DNA of 64,000 nt from Octopus vulgaris (GCA_951406725.2 OX597823.1:28520001-28584000), one strand, 5' to 3'; shown: positions 30,170-42,229, counted from the stretch's first letter. Notes: generated by a model from the sequence alone, not told the origin. Numbers and translations: made by a program.

Positions 30170-30495
30170 AAGACTGGAATGGTGAGAACTCAAATAGTGA
30201 CAATTGATATCTTTTCAGTTGTATTGTATTTAAGAATATTTCAAACTGTCAACCCAAGCTTTGCTGCTCGTCAGGCTGAGAAAGGTAATCTTTCAAAGTA
30301 CCGACCGCATTCTGACAGATTTTCAGTCGAGCCTGTGGCAGTGGAAACCTCCAGCATACTCGGACACGTGGCCATGCCTCTGCTCACCGATGTCGAGTCG
30401 AAGATGCCTGTCCTCATGTGTGAGCGCCGCGAGTCATAGTGGCTTATTCAGAGCATCACTTCGCCATCCTCTGTGGAAACATTTCTCCCATTGTA
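30170..30495 (+). pseudogene. CRE-clade non-LTR retrotransposon C-terminal endonuclease remnant
   Basis: AARQAEKGNLSKY...EPVAVETSSILG...RRES*WLIQ../..AILCGN matches the pattern AA..AE..K..KY...P.AVET.G..G...RE..FL.QRLS.A..RGN. Confidence 0.75.
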
Positions 30496-30989
30496 TCCGC
30501 TGGGACCGTGAGACGAATTGACAAACCTCTTTGGATAATGCTCAATAGTGATTGTTCTGTTTCATCGTTATTTTCACTGTATGAATTTAAACTGTGTTAG
30601 TCCCGCGGATATATGAACCCAAAAGCAAAAGATCGCGATTCACAATTATTTAGCAACGTGGACTTCTATAAAATGCCCAGATTGAAGTAAGGAGTTATAT
30701 AATTTACGGCTTGATGACAAGGATGCAGGATGGGGTTGTTGTTGACGACGTTATGGAATAAAACGGATGTAGGTAAAACAAAACAAATAAATAATGAAAA
30801 TGATGGAAAAGGCAAAGTGAAAGATAGAAAAATATTACAAGAACATTAATGGATAAGAAAAAATATATAAGTCCATAAAGTTTTATTGTTCATAGTGTTG
30901 AGAGATCAATATGTTCAAGTATCAATGCAATAGAGTGCCTTGTCTGTTCTTCTTTACTAATAAAAGTTGAAGAGCGAAATCGAAGGGGA

Positions 30990-31390
30990 TTTGGTTAAGT
31001 TTGCTTCCTAACCACATGGTTTCAGGTTCAGTTCCACCGCGTGGCTCCTTGGTCAAGTGTCTTCTACTATAAAAAAGATCGAAGACTTTTGAGTAGATTT
31101 GGTAGACAGAAACTGAAAGAGGCCTATCAGATATTTATGTATGCCTTCATATGTGTATGTGTGTTGTGTATCTGTGTGATTGTGTATTTCGCGACACCGC
31201 TTGAAAAACAGACTTGGTTTGAATATATCCCTGTAGTAACGTTACAGTTCAAAGAAAGACATGCTTATAATAACTGTCAGTCCCGTTTTTAAAACAATTT
31301 CTGGAATCGATTTACTCGACCAACACCCTTAAAGGCCGTGTCCCACTATACCTCCATTGCAAACCGTAAGACTATAAACGACGCAAGTGA
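30990..31390 (+). mobile_element. SINE family B, degenerate
   Basis: aaccacatggtttcaggttcagttccac, ccttggtcaagtgtcttctactat, gatttggtagacagaaactgaaaga. Confidence 0.75.
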
Positions 31391-32206
31391 ATCATAGAAT
31401 TGCTGCTGAGCAACAGACATATTTTGCACACGACTCTTCTTTTCTGAATTTTAATTTGCAAAATATTATTTCGGAGAATCTTGGCTACTATTATATCATG
31501 GCCACCTTATTGATTAACAGAATAAAGAAAGGAAAAGAAGCGATAACATTTTGAAAGAAATTGGTCGTTTGATCGGTAACAATACTCATTTAGTGGTGAT
31601 TATATATTCATTTCTAATATTTATTATTACCGCACATTGGGATGCGGCAAAATTTTGTCGGGAGACGTACAACATCTAAACGTTGGCCATTACCATCGAG
31701 ATGCACGTGTATTCTCGCTTGTTTAATATCAGCACTTAGCCATATATGGTATGAAAATCTCTAGCTATTTCTTTCATCGCAAGTACACACACGCACACAA
31801 TCATCTTCTACAAAGATACATACATAAATACGCACACATGCACATAATGTTATAAGTAGATATTACTATGAATTATGACAAATATATTTGTATTCTTATA
31901 AGCTTGTTGTTTGTCTTCTGGTTCTAGTAATATACGATATGAAAACATAGAGGTATTTGCTTTAAAGGAAAATATCTCGTTTATTTAAAAGCGAATTCAT
32001 CGGGAACGCAAACATTTGTTGTGGTAGTTTTTATACATTTCTAAAAGCAAATGAACGAAATCTGTTAAATTGTTTGCAAAAATTGTAGAGTATAAAAATA
32101 TCTACGAATAATTTTCAAATAATCGTGCATTATATCGTGCCACATACCGCAGACAAGAAGCATGTCATCACGAATACGAAATGAATATATATATATATAT
32201 ATATAT

Positions 32207-33010
32207 ATTATCAATAATAAAAGGGTAAAATCAATTAATAATTAATTAATTTTACCAAGTAGTGTTCAGTATGTAAGAAGACCATTTACGGTATATTTAA
32301 AACATTACGTTATATAATTAGGGTTCAGTAAAATAATTTACTTTACCACACACCGAAGTTTTAGAAATAGCAGCCCAAAAATCTTAGCTATTTCTTCTAC
32401 TATAAGAAAAATCTCCCAGACAATGTATACTAAAAAATAATTCACGCAGGTTTGGAGGGAAAAATAACAAAATATCACATGTACATAAGATTACTTGAGA
32501 ACGTACGTTTCTAGATTAGTTGAATTTAAAGATCAACATGTCCTTCGTCAGCTCAAAGATTTCTTAGATTTGGATTTGAGAGCACTAAAAATCGAACATA
32601 CCCGTCTGATATGAGTAATCCCAGACAAACCATCTTCGACCGCCAGTACCAACGAATTCAAACAGTACAAATAAGGCCTTGCATTCCTCCCACTTCCACC
32701 CACGTGAGTTATAGAGTAAACAAATTTCTACAGAGAGAATTGTAGTTAAATATCAGGGAGAGAGAATTATATTATCAATAATAAAAGGGTAAAATCAATT
32801 AATAATTAATTAATTTTACCAAGTAGTGTTCAGTATGTAAGAAGACCATTTACGGTATATTTAAAACATTACGTTATATAATTAGGGTTCAGTAAAATAA
32901 TTTACTTTACCACACACCGAAGTTTTAGAAATAGCAGCCCAAAAATCTTAGCTATTTCTTCTACTATAAGAAAAATCTCCCAAACAATGTATACTCAAAA
33001 ATAATTCACG
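32207..33010 (-). mobile_element. Partial tandem (period 564 bp, ~1.4 units) carrying a hammerhead; Penelope pseudo-LTR or retrozyme-like
   Basis: 32207-32446 is nearly identical to 32771-33010, with (TA)n on both sides and an HHR between the repeats. Confidence 0.75.
32495..32556 (-). ncRNA. Type-I hammerhead ribozyme motif (H3)
   Basis: Reverse complement: ttgag CTGACGA aggacatgttga..tcaactaatcta GAAA cgtacg TT ctcaa. Five-bp stem I and palindromic stem III; the base of stem II is imperfect. Confidence 0.7.
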
Positions 33011-33012
33011 TA

Positions 33013-33045
<33 letters not shown>

Positions 33046-33050
33046 CATGC

Positions 33051-33105
<55 letters not shown>

Positions 33106-33177
33106 CATAGATAAATATATATATATATGCATACATATATATGTATATATATTATATATATTTATATATGTATATAT

Positions 33178-36100
33178 AGGTTCTACCTGAGAGGTGCCTG
33201 CTGGCATGGAGAGGAAGGTGCAGGCTGCCGTTTTGCACATCCGGGACCCTGCCGCAGAAACCAACCACCGAAAGGAAAAGGGATGGACCACGCACCACCT
33301 GCCCCAAAGCGGAGGTACGCAGATGTGGTGCGTACCACAAACCGCCAACGTGTTGTTGAAAGGGCAGCTGCTGAACAAGAATCTTTTTTGTGCATGGCAC
33401 AAAAGATTGTACAGCAGCTAACCTGGCTCCATCAAACTCAAGTTCGCAGATGGGACTACCCACAGTTCACAAGACCACCACAGCAAATAGACCCAAGGTG
33501 GACACCACCAGCAACAGCATACACCTCCCCTCGATGCTCCTACTGAACATCAGAGGACTACTAACACACAGTAACAGGACAAAAGTCCCGTTCTTGAGAG
33601 GCTTTGTTGCATGCAATCAAACCTTATGCATAGCACTTAGGGAAACACACCTGAAACCGGACATAGCGGATGCGGAAGTACACATACCACAGTATGTTGT
33701 ACTACGGACCGACAGAAAAGAAAGGAGTCATGGAGGAGTTGCTATGTACATCCGTGAGGACCTCACACCCCAGGTCCTTTTGTCATACTCAAACTCGGTG
33801 TGTGACACACTAATTGTACATGTAAGGCAACTTGGTGTAGTTGTGTGTGCTACATATCGCCCTCCAGATGCCCCGAGCCATATGGGCAAGTTTGAAGACT
33901 GCCTTATAAAAATAGAAGTTCTAGTCACACTAGAACAGCACATAAGTGTACTTCTCATGGGAGACTTCAACCTGCCCAATGTCAGATGGCCCGAGGTCCT
34001 TTCTCTCCCAGGAATGACACGATGTGAACGGGGATAGGCGAGGTCCCTCCTGAACCTCATCAACACCCTGTACATGGAGCAAGTAATACTCCAACCAACC
34101 AGGGCAGGTAACACACTGGATCTCTGCTTCACAAATAATATGGATCTCATCCATAATGTGAAAGTGACGCCGACACTACTCTCGGATCACAACATGGTAG
34201 AGCTGACCATGTACGGGCCAAAGGAACACTGGACATGCAGCCTACAAGAAACTCTTAGAATCTTTCCAGCTTGAACTTCAATGAGGAAAAACAGGAAACA
34301 AATTGAGAAAGAGATCCTCAAACAAAACTGGCCTGAATGTCTCTCCTCGCCGGACATCGACTTGAAACTTCAACAATTTATGTCTGTAATGCAAGCCATA
34401 TGCTACAAATGTGTCCCAGAGAGAAAGGCCACTATACACAAGAACAAAATCCCCAGAGAGAGGAAAATTCTAATGAGACGGCGCACAAAAATCTCAAATC
34501 GCCTAAACAAACAAACTGAAAGCAGTGAAAAGTCCCGTCTGAAAATGAAACTGTTGGAAATTGAAAACTGTCTGCAACTCTCCCATGAAAAGGAAAGAGC
34601 AGACAAAGAAGCCTGGGCTATAGACAACATAAAATCTAACCCCAGAGCTTTCTACAGGTATGCCAAAGAAACAGCTACGGTGCACTGTAGGATAGGGCCA
34701 CTCCTTGAAAGGGATGGCACACTCACAGGAAATCCAATGAGGGTAAGTGAAATACTAAATGAGCAATTCAAGAGTGTTTTCACCCCACCCCTTGGGCATT
34801 TCCAAATCAGCAATCCAACTGACTTCTTCACCACTGCAGATATGGGGTCAGAGGCGGCGATGATTCATTACATCAATATAAAGGAAGACGATGTAATAAA
34901 GGCTATAGATGAGATGGAAACAAACTCAGCTACTGGCACCGATGGATTCCCAGCAATCCTTCTAAAAGTATGTAAGAGGGCCCTAGCAAGGCCACTGCGG
35001 TCTCTCTTTAAGAGCTTCCTTGCAACTGGCAAACTTCCAAGTAAACTGAAGGAAGGTAAAATATGCCCTATTCATAAAGGAGGTAGCAGAGCGGAGGCCA
35101 AGAACTACAGACCTATCTCCCTAACCTCACACATCAGCAAGGTCATGGAACGAATAGTCACAAAGGAAACTAATCACCTTCCTTGAAGAAAATGACTTGC
35201 TGCCTGACACCCAACATGGTTTCCGACCAGGAAGAAGCTGCTTAACTCAGCTCCTACAACACTATGACTGGGTGCTGAAACTACTGCTCAACCACTCAAA
35301 TGTGGAAGTCATATATCTCGACTTTGCAAAGGCCTTTGATAAAGTCGATCATGGAATGATATGTCACAAACTGCGTGATCTTGGCATAGTTGGAAAATTG
35401 GGAGAATGGCTTCATGACTTTCTGAAGAATAGAAGTCGGGTGGTAGTAGCCACTTCCATTAACACGCAAATAGTGAGCGGTGTTCCGCAGGGCACTGTTT
35501 TGGGACCACTACTGTTCATAATGGCCCTCTCAGACATGCCCTCAGCCACGCAGAGAGCCACGATCACAAGTTATGCAGATGATACAAAAGTCTCACAGGC
35601 AATACAGAACCCTGAAGACACTAAGCACCTGCAATGTGAGCTGGACAAAATATACAAGTGGGCCGAAAAGAATAGCATGCAGTTCAATGCTGAGAAGTTT
35701 CAAGCTTTATACTATCAGCATGCAAAACTGAATGCAATACCCAATGAATACACTGGACCCGGAGGAGTTGAAATCCCAGAGGCACAATCAGTGCGTGACT
35801 TGGGTATTCACATGAGTGATGACGCGACCTTTCATGTACATGTTGCTAAACTGGCAATGAAATGTAGACGGTTGGCTGGATGGATTCTTAGAACCTTTAG
35901 AACAAGAGAACAAGAAACCATGATGGTCCTCTGGAAGACACTTGTCCTAAGCCACTTTGACTATTGCTCTCAGCTATGGTCACCATCCAGTGTCAAGATG
36001 ATCACAGAACTTGAGGCGATCCAACGAAGCTACACGAAGAAGATAGCCTCTGTGCAGCATATGAGCTACTGGGAAAGACTCAAGAGATTAAAGCTCTATT

Positions 36101-36580
36101 CCCTAGAGCGTAGGCGAGAAAGATATGCCATAATATATATCTGGAAGATCCTGGAAGGACTTGTCCCAAACTTTGGCATCGAGAGTCACACAAATGCCAG
36201 AACCGGGTGCCACTGCGTAGTACCAAGGACTCCAAATTTGCCATCAAGATGTAGGACAAGATATTGTGATAGCCTGGGCTTCAGAGGCCCACAGCTCTTC
36301 AATATCCTCCCAAAGAACCTGAGAGACCTGCATGGTGTAGATGCGGATGTCTTTAAAGTAGGACTGGACCTCTTCCTGTCAGGTGTCCCGGATGAACCAA
36401 CTTCACGGCAGGAGGTGCAGATGAGGGCAGCTGCATCGAACTCTCTCATGCATCAGATGGCGTTTGCTAAAAAGCATCCGTGAGGTAAAATCGTGTAGCA
36501 AACCAAATGGCGGTGCCCCAGCATGGCCACAGCTTATTAGCTGAAACTGGAAAAATCAAAATCAAATGAAAATCAAAATC
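33178..36580 (+). mobile_element. CR1-group LINE, 5'-truncated within ORF1, 3' intact with (AAATC)n-like tail
   Basis: Cys/His ORF1 remnant, APE and RT ORF2, short 3' UTR and tandem tail; inserted in TA-rich repeats. Confidence 0.93.
33534..36483 (+). pseudogene. LINE ORF2 (APE endonuclease plus reverse transcriptase), disrupted
   Basis: LLNIRGL, ETHL, GGVAMY, YRPP, MGDFN, TLDL, SDHN; then NYRPISLTS, QHGFR, YLDFAKAFDKV, GVPQGTVLGP, YADD, LYSLERRRER. Stop at ~34035 and frameshifts at ~34220-34280 and ~35160. Confidence 0.93.
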
Positions 36581-37095
36581 ATATATGCATATATATGTAT
36601 ATATATTAGAAGGTTTGGAGATGATGTACAGGTATTTTATATTAGAAGAAATGAGGTACTCAGAAATTCGGATGGCTTTATATTTAAAGATATTTATTTG
36701 TATATTACATGTTTTAATACATCATATATCATATATCATATATTAGCGCTTTCGTCCATTCTGGGGGAGTTGTTCTTGGGGAAAATTTGAGCATTTTTAT
36801 GATGTTATTGAGTGTGTAGTGGTGGGGAGGGATATAAGATAGTGCAAGAGGGTGATGAATGGGGAGAAAGTCAGGGATAGCATGTGTGTGTGTGCGTGTG
36901 TGTTTTTGTATCTGAAAAAAGTGTTAAAGAAAAAGAAGGAAAGAAAGAAAAGAGAGAGAAAGAAGAAAAAATTGTTTTGTTAGTCTTTTAGTAGCTGGTC
37001 AGGATGTTTACTCCAGGGGGCAATATGTCACTTTCCAAAATATTGTCTGCATTTCATTTTTATCATTGTCTAATGAGAGAGAGAGAGAGAGAGAG

Positions 37096-37130
<35 letters not shown>

Positions 37131-37133
<3 letters not shown>

Positions 37134-37384
37134 GTATAGAAGTCAGATGGTAGTAGACAATGTGGCCACCTCGAATGACACGCAAATAGTGAGTGGTGTT
37201 ACGCAAGGCACTGCGTTGCGACGACTACAGTTCATAATGGCCCTCTCAGTTATGCCCTCAGCCACACGGAGAGCCACGATCACACGTTATGCAGATGATA
37301 CAAAATTCCTACAGTTGAAACAGATCACTGAAGACGTTATGCACCTGCAATGTGATAAAACATAAAAGTGGGCTGAGAAGAATA
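37131..37384 (+). pseudogene. Diverged RT fragment of the same LINE family
   Basis: TQIVSGVTQGT...ATITRYADDTK, colinear with ~35424-35675. Confidence 0.85.
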
Positions 37385-37410
37385 CATATTTGTGTATATA
37401 TATACCATTA

Positions 37411-37860
37411 ATATTGTAAGAAAAAATGGAGAAAGATGGCTGTATGAATAATTTATTTGTATGATATAAAGATGTTGAGATCTTTTTAAAAATAACAATA
37501 CAAATAAATAATTTGTAAATCTTAAAATGACATGGGAGATGCGAAAAAGATATTTTGTAGGCACCTTTTCAAGAAATCTGTTGAACTTTCTTCTATAAGC
37601 TCATAACAAATCTTGACGAACTTCTGCCCTATATAGTTAAAATTGATGTCATTCTTAGCATATAATCAAAGGCTTAGGATAACATGTCAACTAGGCGCGA
37701 GATCCGAAACGTATATATAGGTTATTTTCGCATCTCCCATTTCTTTTTGGGTTTTACATAATTTATTTGTATTGTTGTTTTTAAAAAATTTCAATATCTT
37801 CACATCATACAAATAAATTATTCATACCTCCATCTGTCTCCATTTTCTTTCTTTCAAGAT
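37411..37860. repeat. Imperfect inverted repeat (~135-bp arms, ~175-bp spacer)
   Basis: 37411-37547 is the diverged reverse complement of 37725-37860 (e.g. gtatgaataatttatttgtatgat / atcatacaaataaattattcatac). Confidence 0.85.
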
Positions 37861-38064
37861 AAATAATATGTATTACTACAATAATCCCTAACATATCTTA
37901 GACTTTCTCATTATTTGATAGGGATTAACCAGTGGAAATTTTCTGGATTATATAATCCTTAATATGGACCTAACATCCTCGAGTTGACTATATATATATC
38001 TTTTATAAAATTTATGAATAAATGAAAGAATGGAGTTGAACGACAAATTAACAAATTTCCTTTA

Positions 38065-38146
38065 TTTTCGACATATGTTTCGAAGGCTGCATATTCCTAA
38101 TTGTGAAGGAATAAGGAGTACATTATGCCGCTTTCTCATCAGGAAA
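38065..38146 (-). ncRNA. Type-I hammerhead ribozyme motif with canonical core (H4)
   Basis: Reverse complement: ttttc CTGATGA gaaagcggcata...tatgcagccttc GAAA catatg TC gaaaa. GUC cleavage triplet and palindromic stem III. Confidence 0.8.
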
Positions 38147-38383
38147 AACAACGAATTTATGTCAACATCAAGATTCACAAAAACTTTCAGATGACTGCTC
38201 TCACGGAGCGCATAGCGACAATCTACCGCAAATGGAGTTGTTCGAAATTAACGCATTCATTAAGGACATACCGTAACTTCAACCGTGTTATTTCTGATGT
38301 GAATTTGCTACCCAGGTATCGGTTAAACGAATTATCCATAAAAAGATATTTCATTTTTCTACTCAAATATATATATATATATC

Positions 38384-38414
<31 letters not shown>

Positions 38415-38534
38415 TAGTGAGTCTGTGTGTGTTATAAATTAGAGCAAAGAGTAAACGGTTGTCATTATAATACTCAGAGATTAGAGTGTCGGAGCGAAGA
38501 TCTCGATACATTCTCGTCAGCTATTAAAGACCTG

Positions 38535-38815
38535 CGCCCGCTAAATGGAGCCTGTATGACCGAGGCCATTATTTATGATGCTACTGTAAGTTCCTCCAAC
38601 TCTAATAATACAGTTTCATCCTATAGATATATGGGTCTCACAGAGGGAAATTTCAAACCAAGATTTAACAATCACACATAAAGCTTCAGAAACTGGAATA
38701 AACGAAAGCCTACCAAATTATCCAGTTATATATGGTTCTTAAAAGAATAAGGTGGCAACTACAGTATTTGCTGGAAGATATTAACCAAGTGTAAACCTTA
38801 TACCAACGGTAGTGG
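38535..38815 (+). pseudogene. Penelope-like element GIY-YIG endonuclease remnant
   Basis: PLNGACMTEAIIYDATV...YMGLTEGNFKPRFNNHT*SFRN...TKLSSYIWFLKE*...WKILTKCKPY matches the PLE GIY-YIG domain pattern. Confidence 0.85.
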
Positions 38816-39110
38816 CGAGCGGGGTCTTCGTAATATGGAAAGATGTTTCATATGGAAATGTTCGTTAGATCCCGCTACATATTTAAATTCACGTACGGAA
38901 CGATTTGGATCATGTCCCCATATCACAATATACCTGTTAGGGTTTTGGGCCGCCCCTCCAACATCAAGGCTAGAATCCACATTTCTACTATGTTCTTGAA
39001 CAAACTTTCCCATACGTTTTCACTCCTATTAAATTTTTAATTTTTAACTTTTATTGTTATTTTAATTTTTGTGTTTTATATATATTTTCATTTTTTCGGT
39101 TTTTCTTTTT

Positions 39111-39306
39111 ATATAGGGAAAGTTTACGAAAATAAACATGAGACGAAGGCAGGTGGAGTACAAACAAACAAATGTATTAGTATAGCGCTCAGGAATAGAA
39201 ATAGAAAAAGTCTTTTACGTTTCGAGCCTACGCTCTTCGACAGAAAGATACACAGAAAAAAACAAGGAGAGAAACAAGGAGAGAATAAAATGCGTGGAGG
39301 AGCTAA
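39111..39306 (-). ncRNA. H2 element with best-preserved variant hammerhead (CUGUCGA)
   Basis: Reverse complement of 39211-39248: tcttt CTGTCGA a gagc gtag gctc GAAA CG TA aaaga, with perfect stems I and II. Confidence 0.75.
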
Positions 39307-39605
39307 CCAAGGCTAGAATCCGCATTTCTACTATGTTCTTGAACAAACGTTCCCATACGTTTTCACTCGTATTAAAATATATATATATATATGCATATAT
39401 TTTATATGTATATGTGTGTGAGGATATGTATGTATGTATGTATATAAGAGTGTGTGTATGTGTGTGTATGCAGGAGTGCGAATGTATGTCTGCATATATA
39501 TACCTATATGTATACGTATAAATATGTCTAAATATATATGTATTCATTTAAGCACCTACGTGTATATGAGGATGAGGTTGCGTACACACACACACACACA
39601 CACAC

Positions 39606-39649
<44 letters not shown>

Positions 39650-39779
39650 TGTGTGTGTGTGTGTACATATACGTGCCTAAATATACATGTCTGCTTGTTT
39701 GTGCGAGTATTTGTGTTTGTGTGCCTGTACGTATACATGTTCGTGTGCTTGTGAACGTATATATATATATATATATACT

Positions 39780-40190
39780 CTTTACTCTTTTACATGTTTC
39801 AGTCATTTGACTGTGGACATGCTGGAGCACCGCCTTTAGTCGAGCAAATCGACCCCGGAACTTATTCTTTGTAAGCCCAGTACTTATTCTACCGGGCTCT
39901 TTTGCCGAACCGCTAAGTGACAGGGACATAAACACACCAACATCGGTTGTCAAGCCATGCTAGGGGGACAAACACAGACACAAACACATACACACACATA
40001 CATATATATATATATATACATATATTCGACAGGCTTCTTTCAGTTTCCGTCTACCAAATCCACTCACAAGGCATTGGGCGGCCCGAGGGTATAGTAGAAG
40101 ACACTTGCCCAAGATGCCACGCAGTGGGACTGAACCCAGAACCATGTGGTTGGTTAGCAAGCTACTTACCACACAGCCACTCCTGCGCCT
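39780..40190 (-). mobile_element. SINE family B, full length
   Basis: Head ggcgcaggagtggctgtgtggtaag (A-box), gggttcagtccc (B-box-like), CORE-like cttgggcaagt, and LINE-like tail. Confidence 0.9.
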
Positions 40191-40435
40191 GTATGTATAT
40201 ATATGTAAGTGCATGTATACATGCACTTACACACGCGTAGACACGCACACATACGATTTGGATTTTCCTCCTGTTACTGTTTAGATTATTCTCGTTACGA
40301 ACACGTCTTTCAAGCGACTTAATCTGTACAGAACACGCAATCTCATACACCACCCCCTCACACACACACACGTGCGTACGCTCAAGCGTATGAGTGCACA
40401 TGTATATGTTTAAAGAGACGTATATGTTTAAAGAA

Positions 40436-40668
40436 AAGGCGGCGAGCTGGCAGAAACGTTAGCACGTCGGGCGAAATGCGTAGCCATATTTCGTCTGCCA
40501 TTACGTTCTGAGTTCAAATTCCGCCGAGGTCGACTTTACCTTTCATCCTTTCGGGGTCGATAAATTAAGTACCAGTTACGCACTGGGGTCAATGTAATCG
40601 ACATAATCCCTTTGTCCGTCCTTGTTCGTCCTCTCTATGTTTAGCCCCTTGTGGGTAGTAAAGAAATA
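40436..40668 (+). mobile_element. SINE family A, tail type 1, with TSD
   Basis: Flanked by tatatgtttaaaga. Confidence 0.9.
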
Positions 40669-41728
40669 TATATGTTTAAAGAGACATCAATGCACATTCA
40701 TACGTATTTATGTGTATAAATCTGCGTGTGATGTTTGCGTGTGTCTGCGTATTGGTGTGATTGTGAGTGTGATTACGCCTTTATATGCGAATGTACGCAA
40801 ATCAAATATTGTTGTTCTTTAAATAGATAGCTACTTTTATTCATCCCGCATACGACTAAGTACTAACATTACACAAACGCGAAATAATATTAACGTTCAC
40901 CATTTACAACTTACAATTTTTTTCCAAAAAAAAATTCCTATATTTCAAGGCATTGCATAATCGCAGTCAGAAGGCTTTAAAACAAAATACAGCCTAGTAA
41001 CAATAACCGTTGTTATCTGTACTTTTTCATGCATACTCTAACTCTTTGCAAAATGTTATCAGTTTGTACGTAAATGATAGAAACATTGTGAGTGCTTCAT
41101 TTAATTAACAATGATAAGTTGTCAAATAACGGTGAAACCTCTAAATTTATAGGAGGACTATTCAACGGAAAAGCGTTTTCATGACACGCAACCTGCAACA
41201 AATTGCAGCCTAATCTCCCTCAATTCTGTACGTCACTTCATATTTGTAAATAAAATTAAAACGAGTAATGTACTTTAAATGATTTGTCTGTCCTGTAAAT
41301 CGCATGGTATACAGTACGTTGGTCCTGTGTACCACATCATATATTATGAATGGCGTCCACGTACCATACGTGATACACTTTCCCAATTTCTTTTAAGCAC
41401 CACAAAAGAGAGTTCTATATTACTTAGAATGTCTGAAACAAAGCTAATTAAATGTCTGAAAAGAAACAGACTTTTCGGACAAACTTGTGTATTTGCGCTT
41501 TACAAAGGGTTACCGACATTCGCCATAAATATTTCTAGGTCCAATAGATCATTATGGAGTAAAACGTGTTCTTTGTCTTCAGTAATCCTGAATCATATTG
41601 ACATTCATCCTTCTTCAGTATTACTTTTCTTCTATATCCAATTTTGTTTCTTCTTATCGTGATTACTAGTTATATTTATAGTTTTCATCACACAGTTCTT
41701 CATTCATATGCCAACATATTTATTCATA

Positions 41729-41910
41729 CAGTTCTATTTTTAAGAGATGAGGAATTATGTACATTATTTACATTATGTACATTCAACGGATATTTGGCTT
41801 CATCTTGTTTGTTGCTAACACAACGTTTCGACTGATATACCCTCCATCTTTCATCGGGTGTCTTGGGTAAATTTTGAACCTGGGTTCTCATTCCTAAGGT
41901 ATTTTTCGGT
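41729..41910 (-). ncRNA. Family H1 short element with minimal hammerhead (core mutated to CCGAUGA)
   Basis: Reverse complement of 41818-41861: acac CCGATGA aagatggagggtatatcagtc GAAA CG TT gtgt. Confidence 0.7.
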
Positions 41911-41913
41911 GTG

Positions 41914-41975
<62 letters not shown>

Positions 41976-42097
41976 CGTCATCATCATCATTATACAGGGC
42001 ATATGGAGTTCAATTACAGGTTGTGACCAGATTAATAATAATAATAATAATAACAACAATAAGAACAACAACAACAATAATAATGATGGTGATGATG

Positions 42098-42173
<76 letters not shown>

Positions 42174-42229
42174 TAATAATAATAATAATAATAATATTAA
42201 TAATAATAATAATAATAACAACAATAATA

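Noticed and set aside
36600-36800. PLE-terminus-like segment with reverse-strand ggacGAAAGCGCTA
   Set aside because: Only the 3' half of a hammerhead is present, and there is no second copy in the window.
37660-37718. Possible hammerhead (ggat...atcc GAAACGTA tatat)
   Set aside because: The CUGANGA box is unrecognisable; at best a dead remnant.
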